DNA of 64,000 nt from Thermodesulfovibrionales bacterium (GCA_963715195.1 CAVQRT010000007.1:32001-96000); one strand, 5' to 3'. Counted from the first letter of the stretch, positions 40,304 to 50,888 are shown. Notes: generated by a model not told the origin, from the letters alone. A program made the numbers and translations.

Positions 40304-41133
40304 AGGAGCAGTTCAAAAAGTCTGGCAATGGTGCCCCTCAGGTTCTTCCTGTCAACGACCATGTCTATAAGTCCGTGGGCGAGGAGGAAATCTGCCCTCT
40401 GGAAATCATCAGGCAACGGCTGCTTCATCGTCTGTTCGATGACACGCGGACCGGCAAAACCGATCAGGCTTTTCGGTTCCGCAATAATAATGTCACCCAG
40501 TGTGGCAAAGCTCGCAGTGACACCGCCGAAGGTTGGGTCACACAAGATCGAGATATAGAGAATTCCGTGGTCTTTTAATCTCCCGATAGACGCAGATACC
40601 TTTGCCATCTGCATGAGTGAGAATATCCCTTCCTGCATCCGCGCTCCACCCGATGAAGATACAGCTATCAGGGGCTGCTTTTTTTCAAGAGCCCTTTCCG
40701 CCGCCCGCGATACTTTTTCTCCGACGACCGATCCCATGCTGCCGCCCATGAAGGAAAAGTCCATGATCACAAGACTCGCAGGGTATCCGCTGATCAGCGC
40801 GTCCCCTGAAATAACGGCTTCCTTAAGGCCGCTCTTTCTCTGGTTGTCCTTGAGCCGTTCTTTATAGGCAACAGTGTCCTTGAAGTGCAGGGGATCAACG
40901 GAAACGAGATTATCATCCATCTCGTCAAAAGTGCCTTCATCAACAAGGAATTTCAGCCGTTCTCGTGCGCTTATCCTGAAGTGGTAGTTGCACTTCGGAC
41001 ATATTTTAAGATTTTTGTCTATTTCCTTTTTGTAGACAATCTCCCTGCAGCCGTCACACTTGACCCACAGTCCTTCGGGAACCTTTCCTTTCTTCTCTCC
41101 CCGCGTTTCCTTAGTTTTCTTGAACCATGCCAT
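40300..41133 (-). CDS. accD: Acetyl-CoA carboxylase carboxyltransferase beta
   Basis: LWVKC..C..CPKC Zn finger, GGSMGSVVGEK, SGGARMQEG. Confidence 0.97.
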   Translation of the reverse strand: MAWFKKTKETRGEKKGKVPEGLWVKCDGCREIVYKKEIDKNLKICPKCNYHFRISARERLKFLVDEGTFDEMDDNLVSVDPLHFKDTVAYKERLKDNQRKSGLKEAVISGDALISGYPASLVIMDFSFMGGSMGSVVGEKVSRAAERALEKKQPLIAVSSSGGARMQEGIFSLMQMAKVSASIGRLKDHGILYISILCDPTFGGVTASFATLGDIIIAEPKSLIGFAGPRVIEQTMKQPLPDDFQRADFLLAHGLIDMVVDRKNLRGTIARLFELLL

Positions 41134-41187
41134 AGGCCTACCTTCTTTTAGCTTGTTCCGATGATAATACGCTCAACCCTGTTCGAA

Positions 41188-41967
41188 TCAGACAATTGCC
41201 TGCCGCAGGCTTAACAGGTAATCCTTCAGCGTATTGGGACTATCCCGAAGCCTTTTGACGATGGCGCTCCCGATGATTACCCCGTCGGCCAGCTTTGCGA
41301 TGCGGGCTGCATCCTCAGGGGTCGATACACCGAAACCGATTGCTACCGGCTTTTTCGTATAGTTCCGTATGAGCGCGATCATTTTCTCCATCGTACCATC
41401 GAGGAGAAGGTTGGCTCCCGTTATACCCGTGATAGAAACATAATAGACGAAACCGCTCGATGACTTTGTTACTTTTCTGATTCTCTCTTCCGTTGAAGTC
41501 GGTGCAAGGAGAAATATCGTATCGAGATGATGCATTCTTGAACCATGAACCAGATCCACTGCTTCGTCAGGGGGGAGATCAGGGATGATTATGCCGTCGA
41601 TGCCGGCGTTTTTTGCATCGGTGATGAAATTCCCGGTGCCATACCTGAATACCGGATTGAAGTATGTCATGAGAACCACCGGAATTTGCGTGACTCTTCT
41701 GAGGTTGCTCACGAGGGAGATGACGTTTCGCAGGGTGATTCCCTTCCCCAATGCTCGTTCAGATGCACGCTGAATCGTAGGGCCGTCCGCGAGCGGATCT
41801 GAAAAGGGAACCCCCAACTCGACAATGTCCGCACCGCATTCTTCGAACAGAAGGACGATTTCTTGTGTCTTTTCGAGGGACGGATCTCCTGCCATGATAT
41901 AGGGAATGAATGCTTTCTTTCCACTCGAACGCACTTTCTGAAAAGCATCTGAAATTCTCGTCTTCAC
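41188..41967 (-). CDS. trpA: Tryptophan synthase alpha chain
   Basis: [26 protein letters not shown]. Confidence 0.97.
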   Translation of the reverse strand: MKTRISDAFQKVRSSGKKAFIPYIMAGDPSLEKTQEIVLLFEECGADIVELGVPFSDPLADGPTIQRASERALGKGITLRNVISLVSNLRRVTQIPVVLMTYFNPVFRYGTGNFITDAKNAGIDGIIIPDLPPDEAVDLVHGSRMHHLDTIFLLAPTSTEERIRKVTKSSSGFVYYVSITGITGANLLLDGTMEKMIALIRNYTKKPVAIGFGVSTPEDAARIAKLADGVIIGSAIVKRLRDSPNTLKDYLLSLRQAIV

Positions 41968-43154
41968 AGTTTTATCCCCCTGATGCGGGCAACGTGCTGA
42001 ACGTCTTTGTCGCCCCTGCCGGAGAGGTTTACTATGATGATGGTATCTTTTGACAATGCAGGGGCGCGTTTCATGACTTCTGCAAGAGCATGAGCGGACT
42101 CAAGTGCGGGAATAATCCCGTCGGTTATTGACAAAAGATCAAATGCATCCAATGCCTCGTCGTCGGTTGCATACGCATAGCGGACACGCCCGCTGTCCTT
42201 CAGAAAAGAGTGCTGGGGACCCACTGACGCATAATCAAGACCTGCGGAAACGGAATGAGTTCCCAGAATATTGCCGTCATCATCCTGAAGGAGATAGCTC
42301 TTGCAGCCCTGGAATACGCCTATGGAGCCGCCAGCGAACCGCGCAGCGTGCTGTTCGGATTCGATTCCCCTGCCGCCGGCCTCGACCCCGATCATTTCTA
42401 CGGAATCATTCAGGAAAGCGTCAAACAGGCCGAGGGCATTGCTGCCGCCCCCCACACAGGCGATCAGATAATCGGGCAGCCTTCCCTCTGCAGCAAGGAT
42501 CTGCCGTTTCGCCTCCTTCCCGATTACCGACTGAAAATGTCTCACCATGAGAGGAAAAGGGTGGGGCCCGAAAACCGTTCCCATGACGTAATGCGTTGAG
42601 CGAACATTGGTTGTCCAATCCCGGAGAGCCTCATTGATTGCATCCTTTAATGTACGTGAACCTGTCGGAACCTCGGTAACTTTGGCTCCGAGAAGTCTCA
42701 TCCTGAAGACATTCAATGACTGCCTTTCCATGTCCTCGGTACCCATATATATTTCACACTCAAGGCCGGCGAGAGCAGCGCCCGTTGCCGTGGCCACGCC
42801 ATGCTGTCCTGCTCCGGTTTCTGCGATTACCCTCTTTTTCCCCATCATTTTTGCGAGGAGGACCTGGGCAACAGCATTGTTGATCTTGTGGGCACCGGTA
42901 TGAGCGAGGTCCTCACGCTTGAGGTAAATCTTTGCACCGCTGAGATGATCAGTGAACCGTTTTGCAAAATACAGCGGTGTTGGTCTGCCTATGTACGTTT
43001 TCCTAAGAAGATCGAGTTCGTTCCGGAAATCTTTGTCTTTGAGACAGACCGAAAATGCCTTCTCAAGCTCTTCGAGCGCCGGCATCAGGGTTTCCGGAAC
43101 AAAACGCCCTCCGTATGTGCCGAAATAGCCTCTTTTGTCAGGTAATGTCTTCAC
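41964..43154 (-). CDS. trpB: Tryptophan synthase beta chain
   Basis: [33 protein letters not shown]. Confidence 0.97.
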   Translation of the reverse strand: MKTLPDKRGYFGTYGGRFVPETLMPALEELEKAFSVCLKDKDFRNELDLLRKTYIGRPTPLYFAKRFTDHLSGAKIYLKREDLAHTGAHKINNAVAQVLLAKMMGKKRVIAETGAGQHGVATATGAALAGLECEIYMGTEDMERQSLNVFRMRLLGAKVTEVPTGSRTLKDAINEALRDWTTNVRSTHYVMGTVFGPHPFPLMVRHFQSVIGKEAKRQILAAEGRLPDYLIACVGGGSNALGLFDAFLNDSVEMIGVEAGGRGIESEQHAARFAGGSIGVFQGCKSYLLQDDDGNILGTHSVSAGLDYASVGPQHSFLKDSGRVRYAYATDDEALDAFDLLSITDGIIPALESAHALAEVMKRAPALSKDTIIIVNLSGRGDKDVQHVARIRGIKL

Positions 43155-43278
43155 AATGCTGTCTCTGCCTTCAGCGGTGCACGGTCATAATAAAGAGTTA
43201 TTATAGATCATATCTGCAAAATATTCCCTCTCTCCGCGATGTTTGACATCATGCAGACGATGCTTCTATACTTTTATA

Positions 43279-43698
43279 GTGAAAATTGCTGTTGTTGACG
43301 GACAGGGCGGTGGGATCGGAAGCCTGATTGTGAAGAGACTTCGGGAGGAGTTTGGAGATTCCCTCGAAATCCTCGCACTTGGTACCAACGCCGCTGCCAC
43401 AACAGCGATGATGAAGGCGAGGGCGAACAAAGGTGCAACAGGGGAAAACGCGATCGTCTTAAATGCGGGAAAGGTTCAGGTAATAACCGGACCGTTAAGT
43501 ATCGTCCTTCCCAATGCAATGCTCGGAGAAATGACCGTTCGGATGGCTGAGGCTATTGCATCTTCTGACGCGAAAAAAATTCTTCTTGCCCTCAATCAGG
43601 AAGGAATCGATGTGATCGGAGTTGAAAAGGAACCCCTGCCTCACATGGTTGAAAAGATTGTAGGGACGATCAGACAGGAGTTAGGAAAGGAGACGTAA
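43279..43698 (+). CDS. DUF3842 family protein
   Basis: KIAVVDGQGGGIG, ALGTNAAAT, GATGENAI; GTG start. Confidence 0.85.
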   Translation: MKIAVVDGQGGGIGSLIVKRLREEFGDSLEILALGTNAAATTAMMKARANKGATGENAIVLNAGKVQVITGPLSIVLPNAMLGEMTVRMAEAIASSDAKKILLALNQEGIDVIGVEKEPLPHMVEKIVGTIRQELGKET

Positions 43699-43699
43699 T

Positions 43700-43888
43700 A
43701 TGTGCGAGGCAAATGCCTATATCTATCAGGACGGCATAGAGGAGCTTTATCTTGAGAGTGTTGATATTATGAGGCCTGAACAGGGCAAGCTTTACCTCAG
43801 AAATCTCTTCGGTGAACAAAAGGTCTTCGACGGACAGATTAGGGAAATATCGCTCTTACATCACAAGATTCTTCTCGAGAAGAAATAG
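43700..43888 (+). CDS. cooT: CooT family nickel-binding protein
   Basis: 62 aa, N-terminal MCEANAY (Cys2), LFGEQK, ISLLHHKI; AAGGAG RBS. Confidence 0.85.
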   Translation: MCEANAYIYQDGIEELYLESVDIMRPEQGKLYLRNLFGEQKVFDGQIREISLLHHKILLEKK

Positions 43889-43902
43889 GAGAGACGGTTC
43901 TG

Positions 43903-44142
43903 TTATTTTTTCGGTTTCTTCTTGCCTGGTCGAGTGCTTTTCTTTGATCCCCCCTTCGTGCCCGATATTTTCTTTGCCGGTTTCTGCTTCGGCCGGATTG
44001 CTTTTTTCCCGATAACGGCTGTTTCCGTTACTTCAATGCCGCAGCAGTAGATGGGGCTGAGTTCCCCCTCTCCCGTAGAGGTGACAACAATCTCGGAACC
44101 GCACTGTTCACACTCGTAGGTAACAGTCCTTGCTTTTGCCAT
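43903..44142 (-). CDS. Small protein: desulforedoxin-like CxxC...CCG domain plus Lys-rich tail
   Basis: YECEQCG...PIYCCG then KKAIRPKQKPAKK...KKKPKK; GGAGGAG RBS. Confidence 0.75.
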   Translation of the reverse strand: MAKARTVTYECEQCGSEIVVTSTGEGELSPIYCCGIEVTETAVIGKKAIRPKQKPAKKISGTKGGSKKSTRPGKKKPKK

Positions 44143-44263
44143 GATTCTCCTCCCTTGTTTTCTATTCGTACCGGTATATAGTATAGTAAATTTTATCCGA
44201 AATGAAACAATCGTCCGCGGAGGAATGTTCAGAAGAAGGGAACCGTCTTCTTCCCTGCAGAGT

Positions 44264-44914
44264 ATGGATAAGCTGACTTCTCACGCCATGAACCGCTGCA
44301 TGAGGTGCGGGACCTGCTGCAGGAAAGGCGGTCCGGTGTTGCATTATGAAGATATGGAGATTCTCCGTTGTCACCATGCAGAATATGCACATCTTGTCAC
44401 CGTACGGAAAGGTGAGCTGACGTACAATCCCGTGAGTAATACCATAGAACAGGCGTGTCAGGAAATGGTAAAAGTTGCAGGTAAGGGTGATACCTGGTCA
44501 TGTTACTTTTATCGGGAAGAGGATTCCTCGTGTATGATCTACGAATACCGCTTTCTTGAATGCCGTCTTCTTCAATGTTGGAATCCGGCTGATATCCTGG
44601 CTATTATTGGACGGCATACGATCCGCCGTTCGGATGTCATGAATCAGAATGATCCAGTTCTGCAGATTATTGAAATGCACGAAAAGGAGTGTCCACTGCT
44701 GGAACTGAAGGGGTTAATCGACGAAGTATCATCCGGGAAACAGAACAAAAAAGCTCTCAGGATGCTGTCACGGCTTGTTCAAAAAGACATGGCTATCCGT
44801 TCCTCGGCATTTGACGAATTGGGGCTGAACCCGGAATATGAACTGTTTATTTTTGGACGGCCTGTAAAGAACATTTTGCGCGACGCCGGATTAACCGTCA
44901 AGACTAAAGAGTAA
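44264..44914 (+). CDS. YkgJ family cysteine-cluster protein
   Basis: CMRCGTCC, WSCYFY...CMIYEYRFLECRLLQCW; start uncertain. Confidence 0.82.
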   Translation: MDKLTSHAMNRCMRCGTCCRKGGPVLHYEDMEILRCHHAEYAHLVTVRKGELTYNPVSNTIEQACQEMVKVAGKGDTWSCYFYREEDSSCMIYEYRFLECRLLQCWNPADILAIIGRHTIRRSDVMNQNDPVLQIIEMHEKECPLLELKGLIDEVSSGKQNKKALRMLSRLVQKDMAIRSSAFDELGLNPEYELFIFGRPVKNILRDAGLTVKTKE

Positions 44915-45006
44915 TCTGTGCCTGTAACAGCATTGACGGGTAAGGATTCATCAATACGTGCGTTTTCAGATTGCAGAAACGCCGATGAACTGAGAGGAGA
45001 CATGTC

Positions 45007-45474
45007 GTGTCCGAGGAGAGAAAACACCCGCAAAATCAGGGAACCGGGGAAGAATACTTTACGGAAGAACAGAAGGCTTATATCAAAGAAATGGTAGAGA
45101 AGCTCATGGAAAAAAGAATTCTGGTTGTTTACGGAGATGAGGATGAAAATGCTGTAGGGGTGTGTTTTGATGACGATGGACGGAAAAAACAGTGCAAAGC
45201 TGTGTGCTGTAGTTTTATCTTTGCGCTAACGAAGCGCGATGTCGAACATGGCATGATACGGTGGAATCAAAAGCGGCCATATTTCATTGCAAGAGACGAG
45301 GACGGATACTGCCCCCACCTTGACAGGGAGACATTGCGCTGCACAATCTGGGAATACAGGCCTGAACGGTGCAGGAATTATGACTGCAGAAAAGACGGGA
45401 ATGTCTGGGAAGACTGGGAAAAGAGGATTCTGAACAAAGACGTATTCAAACATCTTCCGAAACAGGAAGAATGA
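45007..45474 (+). CDS. YkgJ family cysteine-cluster protein
   Basis: CKAVCC, DGYCPHLD..TLRCTIWEYRPERCRNYDC; AGGAG RBS. Confidence 0.82.
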   Translation: MSEERKHPQNQGTGEEYFTEEQKAYIKEMVEKLMEKRILVVYGDEDENAVGVCFDDDGRKKQCKAVCCSFIFALTKRDVEHGMIRWNQKRPYFIARDEDGYCPHLDRETLRCTIWEYRPERCRNYDCRKDGNVWEDWEKRILNKDVFKHLPKQEE

Positions 45475-45496
45475 TTGAATCATAGAGGAGGAAAAG

Positions 45497-46087
45497 ATGG
45501 CAAAAGTGAAGAGTGCGCTTGAGATCGCCCTGGAAAAGGCTGGTAACATAGCCACCTTTACTCGGGAAGAGAAGGAAAGGCTGCTGGATGAGGAGAGACT
45601 CCTGTCTGTTCTCAGGGAATTTTATCAAGGCAATATTGATTCAGGCGGACTGTGGCAGCACCTGAAAGGGAGCAAGCCGTTCCTACTGCGGGAAGCACAA
45701 CTCAGCGTGATCAACACCTTTGGTCTTGGAAGTTCTCCTGAAGATTTCCGGACAAGAACACAGGCGATTCTTGCCGTTGAAACGTTGAAGGATAAGCAGA
45801 ATACCGCAATGATTGAGTCAGAGCTCCATTCACTCGAAGCCCTGCTGAAAGAATATCAGGAGATGAAAGACCGTGCCGTTGAAGACCTGAAGCAGCAGAT
45901 AGAAATGCATCCCCAGATGCGGATGCGCCCGGTAAGAACTCCGGACGGCAAAACGGTTATGCAGATGACAGTATCGGCTGATGAAGCGGTAAAAGCCAGG
46001 TTGTCAGAATTCCTTTCAGAACAGGAAGGGCAGTTCAACCAGGAATTTTCATTCGTGATCGAGAATCTGAAGAATCTGGTGATGTAG
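45497..46087 (+). CDS. Conserved hypothetical helical protein (possibly DUF6657-like)
   Basis: N-terminal KSALEIALEKA; GAGGAGG RBS. Confidence 0.7.
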   Translation: MAKVKSALEIALEKAGNIATFTREEKERLLDEERLLSVLREFYQGNIDSGGLWQHLKGSKPFLLREAQLSVINTFGLGSSPEDFRTRTQAILAVETLKDKQNTAMIESELHSLEALLKEYQEMKDRAVEDLKQQIEMHPQMRMRPVRTPDGKTVMQMTVSADEAVKARLSEFLSEQEGQFNQEFSFVIENLKNLVM

Positions 46088-46120
46088 ATTTAAAAAACTC
46101 CGCGCGCTTTACTGAACTGG

Positions 46121-46864
46121 CTAATAATATCTGTGGCACATTTTGCATATGCGGGGCTTGGGGAACAATTTTTGGTATTCCGAGCTGTGCGGATTATGAC
46201 AGGTCGTACACGTAATCAGTTTCTTTCTGTTCCTGGGATCAGGAACGCCCTCTACCGGATGAACCTTTCCACGCGGCATGGATGAAACGATATGACTGCC
46301 TGATTTCCGGGCTCTGTGACAGTCTGTGCATACCTGGGAAACAGGTGCGTAGAGAAGAAAAGGATGCTCACTGGCGTGCCGGTCATGACAGCTGCACCGG
46401 TGGGTGATGATCTTGTGGACATACTTCTTGCTGAATTTTTCCCTGTTGTGACACGAGTAACACAGTTCCGGAGCTTCAGTGATGAGGAGCATCTCTAACT
46501 CCGAGCCGTGGGGATTGTGGCAGCCCGTGCAATTGCCAGAGGCGGCAGGTGCGTGTACATCCCTGTTCTGAAATTTTGTTTTTTTATGGCAGCGAAAGCA
46601 AAGAAGAGGCATGTCTTGGACAAGTCTCATGCTGTTGCTTTCCTGAGGGTGGTTCTTTGCCTGGACCTGCACGTGACAGGTTTCACATCCCAAGAGCAAT
46701 GCCTTGTGTTCTTTTTTGGCCGGTTTGCGGAATTCAGGATGACAATCGAGACACGGACTGGGCTTTTTTTCGTCGGCGGAAATCGGGACCGTCAACAACA
46801 GACTTGCAATGAAAATACCTATGAGGGCTGCAAATCCAGGTACTCGAAAAAACGTTCTGTGCAC
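46121..46864 (-). CDS. Periplasmic multiheme c-type cytochrome (doubled-CXXCH family)
   Basis: Signal peptide; 8 CXXCH plus one CXCH; CxxCHxPHxS repeats; GTG start with GGAGAG RBS. Confidence 0.88.
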   Translation of the reverse strand: MHRTFFRVPGFAALIGIFIASLLLTVPISADEKKPSPCLDCHPEFRKPAKKEHKALLLGCETCHVQVQAKNHPQESNSMRLVQDMPLLCFRCHKKTKFQNRDVHAPAASGNCTGCHNPHGSELEMLLITEAPELCYSCHNREKFSKKYVHKIITHRCSCHDRHASEHPFLLYAPVSQVCTDCHRARKSGSHIVSSMPRGKVHPVEGVPDPRNRKKLITCTTCHNPHSSEYQKLFPKPRICKMCHRYY

Positions 46865-46875
46865 TGTCTCTCCAA

Positions 46876-49098
46876 TTATCCGCAGCGGGTGAAGCCGCAA
46901 TTGTGACAGACTGCACAACCTCCCTCGTGCTCAATCGCCCCGCCGCATTCAGGGCATGCGCCCATGAGCATAATAACCTTGTGGCTGTCCCCGTTGCCTT
47001 TTGACCCTTTTTCCCGGTATCGCTGGAGTGAATTTGCTATTGCATCCGAGCACGATAGAATTCTCCCGCCCTCGTGCCAAGTGGGGGAATGACACATAAT
47101 TCCCTTGAGCTGCTTAATGACCTCATCGGGCTCGATATTTGATCTGAATGCAAGTGATACCAGCCGACCAATCGCCTCTGACTGGCTTGCAGCACATCCA
47201 CCGGCTTTACCCATTGAGGTAAAGAGTTCGAAAAGATGTCCTTCTTCATCCTCGTTAATGGTAATGTAAATATTGCCGCATCCGGTCTTCATGAGCCGTG
47301 TTGTACCTTTTATGACATCAGGTCTTTTTCTTGGAACAATCTTCTGCCTCGTCTCATCGGGCAGCTGTTGTTCACCTCTCTTGCCTCTGGTGAGGACCTG
47401 TGCTTCCCTTGAGCCATCCCTGTAAACGGTTACGCCCTTGCAACCGAGGCTGTAGGCAAGGAGATAGACATCCTCCACATCCTTCGGAGTTGCCTTATGA
47501 GAAAAATTGACGGTCTTTGAGACTGCGTTGTCGACATATTTCTGAAAGGCAGCCTGTTTCGCTATATGCTCCGAGGGTGAAATATCATGAGCGGTTACAA
47601 AGACGGCTTTGACGTCATCGGGTATCTCGTTAAACCCCTGAATTGAGCCGGTTTCGGCAATGCTTTCCATGAGGTCCCTTGTCCAGAAACCCCGCTCCTT
47701 CGCAACTTTTTCAAAGAAAGGATTTATCTCGATCAGTTTTGTGCCTTCCATAACGGTTCTTACATAAGAAACAGCAAACAGGGGTTCAATGCCTGATGAG
47801 CATCCAGCGATTATCGAGAGCGTTCCTGTTGGCGCAATGGTTGTTATCGTGGCGTTCCTCAGGCGCAGGTTTCCGTCATGTATACTGCCCTCAAAATTGG
47901 TAAATACGCCTCGTTGCTCTGCGAGCGCAGCCGAAGCGTACCTCCCTTCTCTCTGGATGAATTCCATGATTTCTTCTGACAGGCTCACTGCCCTGTTTGA
48001 ATTGTAGGGGATGCCGAGTTGTATGAGCATATCTGCCCATCCCATGATACCGAGGCCGATCTTTCTGTTTGCCCGGGTCATCTCTTCAATTTTCGCCAGC
48101 GGATATTTGTTGATGTCAATGACATTATCGAGAAAATGTACTGCTTTCCATGTTGTGTCCTTCAGCAGGTCCCATGCGACTGACGGGGATTCATTGGTTA
48201 CCATCCGGGCGAGATTAATTGAGCCGAGGTTACATGACTCATAGGGAAGCAGCGGCTGCTCGCCGCATGGATTTGTCGATTCTATCTTCCCTGCCTTCGG
48301 GGTTGGATTCGATGCGTTCACCCTGTCGATAAAGACAATGCCGGGTTCACCATTTTTCCATGCATGTTCCACAATAAGATGGAATACTTCTCTTGCCTTA
48401 AGGGAGTTGACAACCTTACGGGTTCTCGGGTTGATGAGGTCGTACGGTTTGTCTTCCTGAACTGCCTGCATGAACTCTTCGGTGAGGGCAACGGAAATAT
48501 TGAAATTATTGAATTTCGTGGTATCGTCCTTGCAAGTGATAAAACTGAGAATATCGGGATGATCAACCCTCAGTATCCCCATATTTGCTCCTCTTCTTGT
48601 GCCGCCCTGTTTTACCGCTTCCGTTGCTGTGTCAAAGACGGTCATGAAGGAGACGGGCCCTGAGGATATCCCCTTTGTGGAGCCGACGATATCTCCGTTC
48701 GGTCTCAGCCGCGAGAAACTGAACCCTGTTCCGCCGCCTGATTTATGGATGATTGCAGTGTATTTTACTGCGTCGAATATGGACTCCATGGAATCGCCTA
48801 CCGGCAGGACGAAACAGGCGCTCAACTGGCCGAGTCTTCTGCCTGCATTCATGAGGGTAGGGCTGTTTGGAAGAAATTCCAGAGCGGTCAGCATCTGGTA
48901 AAACTCGTGTTCTACCTGCATGACTTCTTCCTGCGATTTTCCGTAGTTCAGGTCAGCCAAGGCGACGCTTTTAGCTACCCTCCGGAAGAGGTCTGCCGGT
49001 GTTTCAATGACTTTACCCTCCTCATCCTTTTTCAGATATCTTTTTTCAAGCACTTTTGAGGCATTCGCCGAGAGATTCAAAGTCTGCGTGACTTCCAT
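46876..49098 (-). CDS. nrdJ: Adenosylcobalamin-dependent (class II) ribonucleotide reductase, full length with TSCPD/Zn-ribbon tail
   Basis: FLPNSPTL, LSACFV, TNPCGEQPL, ESCNLGS, APTGT, GCKGVTVYRDGSR, TGCG..SCSD, CPECG..CAVCHNCGFTRCG. Confidence 0.95.
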   Translation of the reverse strand: MEVTQTLNLSANASKVLEKRYLKKDEEGKVIETPADLFRRVAKSVALADLNYGKSQEEVMQVEHEFYQMLTALEFLPNSPTLMNAGRRLGQLSACFVLPVGDSMESIFDAVKYTAIIHKSGGGTGFSFSRLRPNGDIVGSTKGISSGPVSFMTVFDTATEAVKQGGTRRGANMGILRVDHPDILSFITCKDDTTKFNNFNISVALTEEFMQAVQEDKPYDLINPRTRKVVNSLKAREVFHLIVEHAWKNGEPGIVFIDRVNASNPTPKAGKIESTNPCGEQPLLPYESCNLGSINLARMVTNESPSVAWDLLKDTTWKAVHFLDNVIDINKYPLAKIEEMTRANRKIGLGIMGWADMLIQLGIPYNSNRAVSLSEEIMEFIQREGRYASAALAEQRGVFTNFEGSIHDGNLRLRNATITTIAPTGTLSIIAGCSSGIEPLFAVSYVRTVMEGTKLIEINPFFEKVAKERGFWTRDLMESIAETGSIQGFNEIPDDVKAVFVTAHDISPSEHIAKQAAFQKYVDNAVSKTVNFSHKATPKDVEDVYLLAYSLGCKGVTVYRDGSREAQVLTRGKRGEQQLPDETRQKIVPRKRPDVIKGTTRLMKTGCGNIYITINEDEEGHLFELFTSMGKAGGCAASQSEAIGRLVSLAFRSNIEPDEVIKQLKGIMCHSPTWHEGGRILSCSDAIANSLQRYREKGSKGNGDSHKVIMLMGACPECGGAIEHEGGCAVCHNCGFTRCG

Positions 49099-49168
49099 GA
49101 TACCCCCTTTTCATGATTCTATTCATTATCAATAAATTGTATTTTAATGTTCGTACGCAGACATTAAA

Positions 49169-49184
49169 CCACAAGATATTGTGT
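49169..49184. promoter_or_regulatory. NrdR box upstream of nrdJ
   Basis: ccacaagatattgtgt closely matches the NrdR consensus acaCwAtATaTwGtgt, about 70 nt upstream of the nrdJ start. Confidence 0.75.
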
Positions 49185-49271
49185 CTGTCAAGGAAAAAAT
49201 TATGAAATTATAACAGGCTGATTTATAAAGGTTTTTATGGTGAAATGTTTGTTGAAAAATTGTTGAAAGTT

Positions 49272-50693
49272 TTACTTTATTATCTCTGCCGTAAAGGTGT
49301 ATAGTTCCGCATCTTTCCATGCATATTCAGGCAGCCCTGCTTTGGCGCAGAGTTGTCTGAGAAAGGTCTGTCTGTCCCATCCCTGCTCGGTCGCCACCTG
49401 CGGAAGGAGAAGTCCGCTCCGTGCCCCCTTCCTGATGACCAAACCGTGTCTTCCTGTCTCGATGCTTTTCACATCTTTTAATTTCTGCAGGGGGGAAAGT
49501 ATGGAGATTTCTATTTCGATGTTTGCCAATTCATCTTTTGTCATGGGGGGAAATCTCGGATCACCCGAGGACGCAGCTATGGCGTTTTTTATGACCGACT
49601 GATAAAGGGGCATGACAGGCTGAACATGACCGATACAGCCTCTCAGAGAGCCGTTTTGCTTTATGGTCACAAATACAGCTCCATCGGTTTTCAGCTTGGG
49701 ATTCATGATCTTTCTTTCGATCTCTTTGCCGTTTGTTACATATTCGGTGATAGCTTCTCTCGCAAGAGAGAGCAATTCCCTCTTTTCATCATCACTGTAA
49801 GTGCTCTTGACAAGACCCATGGAGGCATAACCGACAACCCTGTCCTTCTCCTGCGTGACGTCACCTGAGTTGGCATACTTGAAAAGGACGCCACGGTTTG
49901 CTCCATGTCTTTTTGCAACCTCCATCGCAATGATGACGGGAACAGCTCCGCACATCTCGGATTTTCCGCTCTGTATCAGCTCGCCGGCATTCATTACAGA
50001 GAGCCTTTCGATGGCTGAAATAATTTTACTGTCCATATCGATTGCCTGCTGATACCCGTGATAGTGTGAGAGGTCGGTACTTGCGACCATAAGGGTTGTA
50101 TCATCGATCAGTTCTGTCAGCGCGGATATGAGATGATCGAATGTTTCTTTTGAAGGATTACCGATGAGAACCGGTATGATCATGAAATCATTCAGAACAG
50201 ACTGGAGGAAAGGAAGCTGAACCTCGAGAGAGTGTTCCTTTGCAAACGCTGCAGGGTAAAATGTTACCTGTGCATGCTCATTCAGAAGCGTTTTTGATGA
50301 CTTCGCGTCGATTCCCACGTCACCAAGCGGTGTCTTGAAGACACCTGACGGATACACAGAGGCCCCTCTGAAGGTTTCGTGATGGCTCTGACCGATCAGG
50401 ATAATTTTCCTGATATCACGGCCCTGCAGTTGTCTGTATCCGTATGCTGCAACCTGTCCGGAATATCTGTATCCGGCGTGTGGTGAGATAAGTGCAATGA
50501 TCTTTCCTTCACCGGTAATGTTCTTTGCCCTCGAGAGAAATGTTTCAACGGTATCCTTCAGTTCTTTTCTATCAGAAGGATAAAAAGTGCCGGCAACGGA
50601 AGGTTCTTTGACATTTTCGGTACAACCGGTGGTAGCAAGGCAGGTGAGAAAAAAACAGATTGTCAACGATATAGTCCATATACGATTTTTCAT
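49272..50693 (-). CDS. amrB: AmmeMemoRadiSam protein B-A fusion (MEMO1 + AMMECR1 domains) with signal-like N-terminus
   Basis: VAGTFYP, SPHAGYRYSG, EHSLEVQLPFL, ASTDLSHY, VVGY; then FVTI..LRGCIG, DPRFPP, GLLLPQV, KAGL. Confidence 0.9.
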   Translation of the reverse strand: MKNRIWTISLTICFFLTCLATTGCTENVKEPSVAGTFYPSDRKELKDTVETFLSRAKNITGEGKIIALISPHAGYRYSGQVAAYGYRQLQGRDIRKIILIGQSHHETFRGASVYPSGVFKTPLGDVGIDAKSSKTLLNEHAQVTFYPAAFAKEHSLEVQLPFLQSVLNDFMIIPVLIGNPSKETFDHLISALTELIDDTTLMVASTDLSHYHGYQQAIDMDSKIISAIERLSVMNAGELIQSGKSEMCGAVPVIIAMEVAKRHGANRGVLFKYANSGDVTQEKDRVVGYASMGLVKSTYSDDEKRELLSLAREAITEYVTNGKEIERKIMNPKLKTDGAVFVTIKQNGSLRGCIGHVQPVMPLYQSVIKNAIAASSGDPRFPPMTKDELANIEIEISILSPLQKLKDVKSIETGRHGLVIRKGARSGLLLPQVATEQGWDRQTFLRQLCAKAGLPEYAWKDAELYTFTAEIIK

Positions 50694-50853
50694 GGTCAAT
50701 CTACTTTTTTCCAAAACATCGCCTCTTTCAATGGCTTCTCAGGCTTTTTTTCGGATAGAGCCTTGTTACTGAATAAGGTAAGAAAAACACTTGATATGAA
50801 TAGGTTTAAGAATTCCCTTCGTTTCATGATAATCTTAGCCTCTCCATTTTTCT

Positions 50854-50872
50854 GTCATTCCTGCTTGTTGGG
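50854..50872. repeat. REP-type left half-site
   Basis: gtcattcctgcttgttggg, similar to the left ends at 23195 and 38823. Confidence 0.4.
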
Positions 50873-50888
50873 TCGCACCCTGTCTTTA

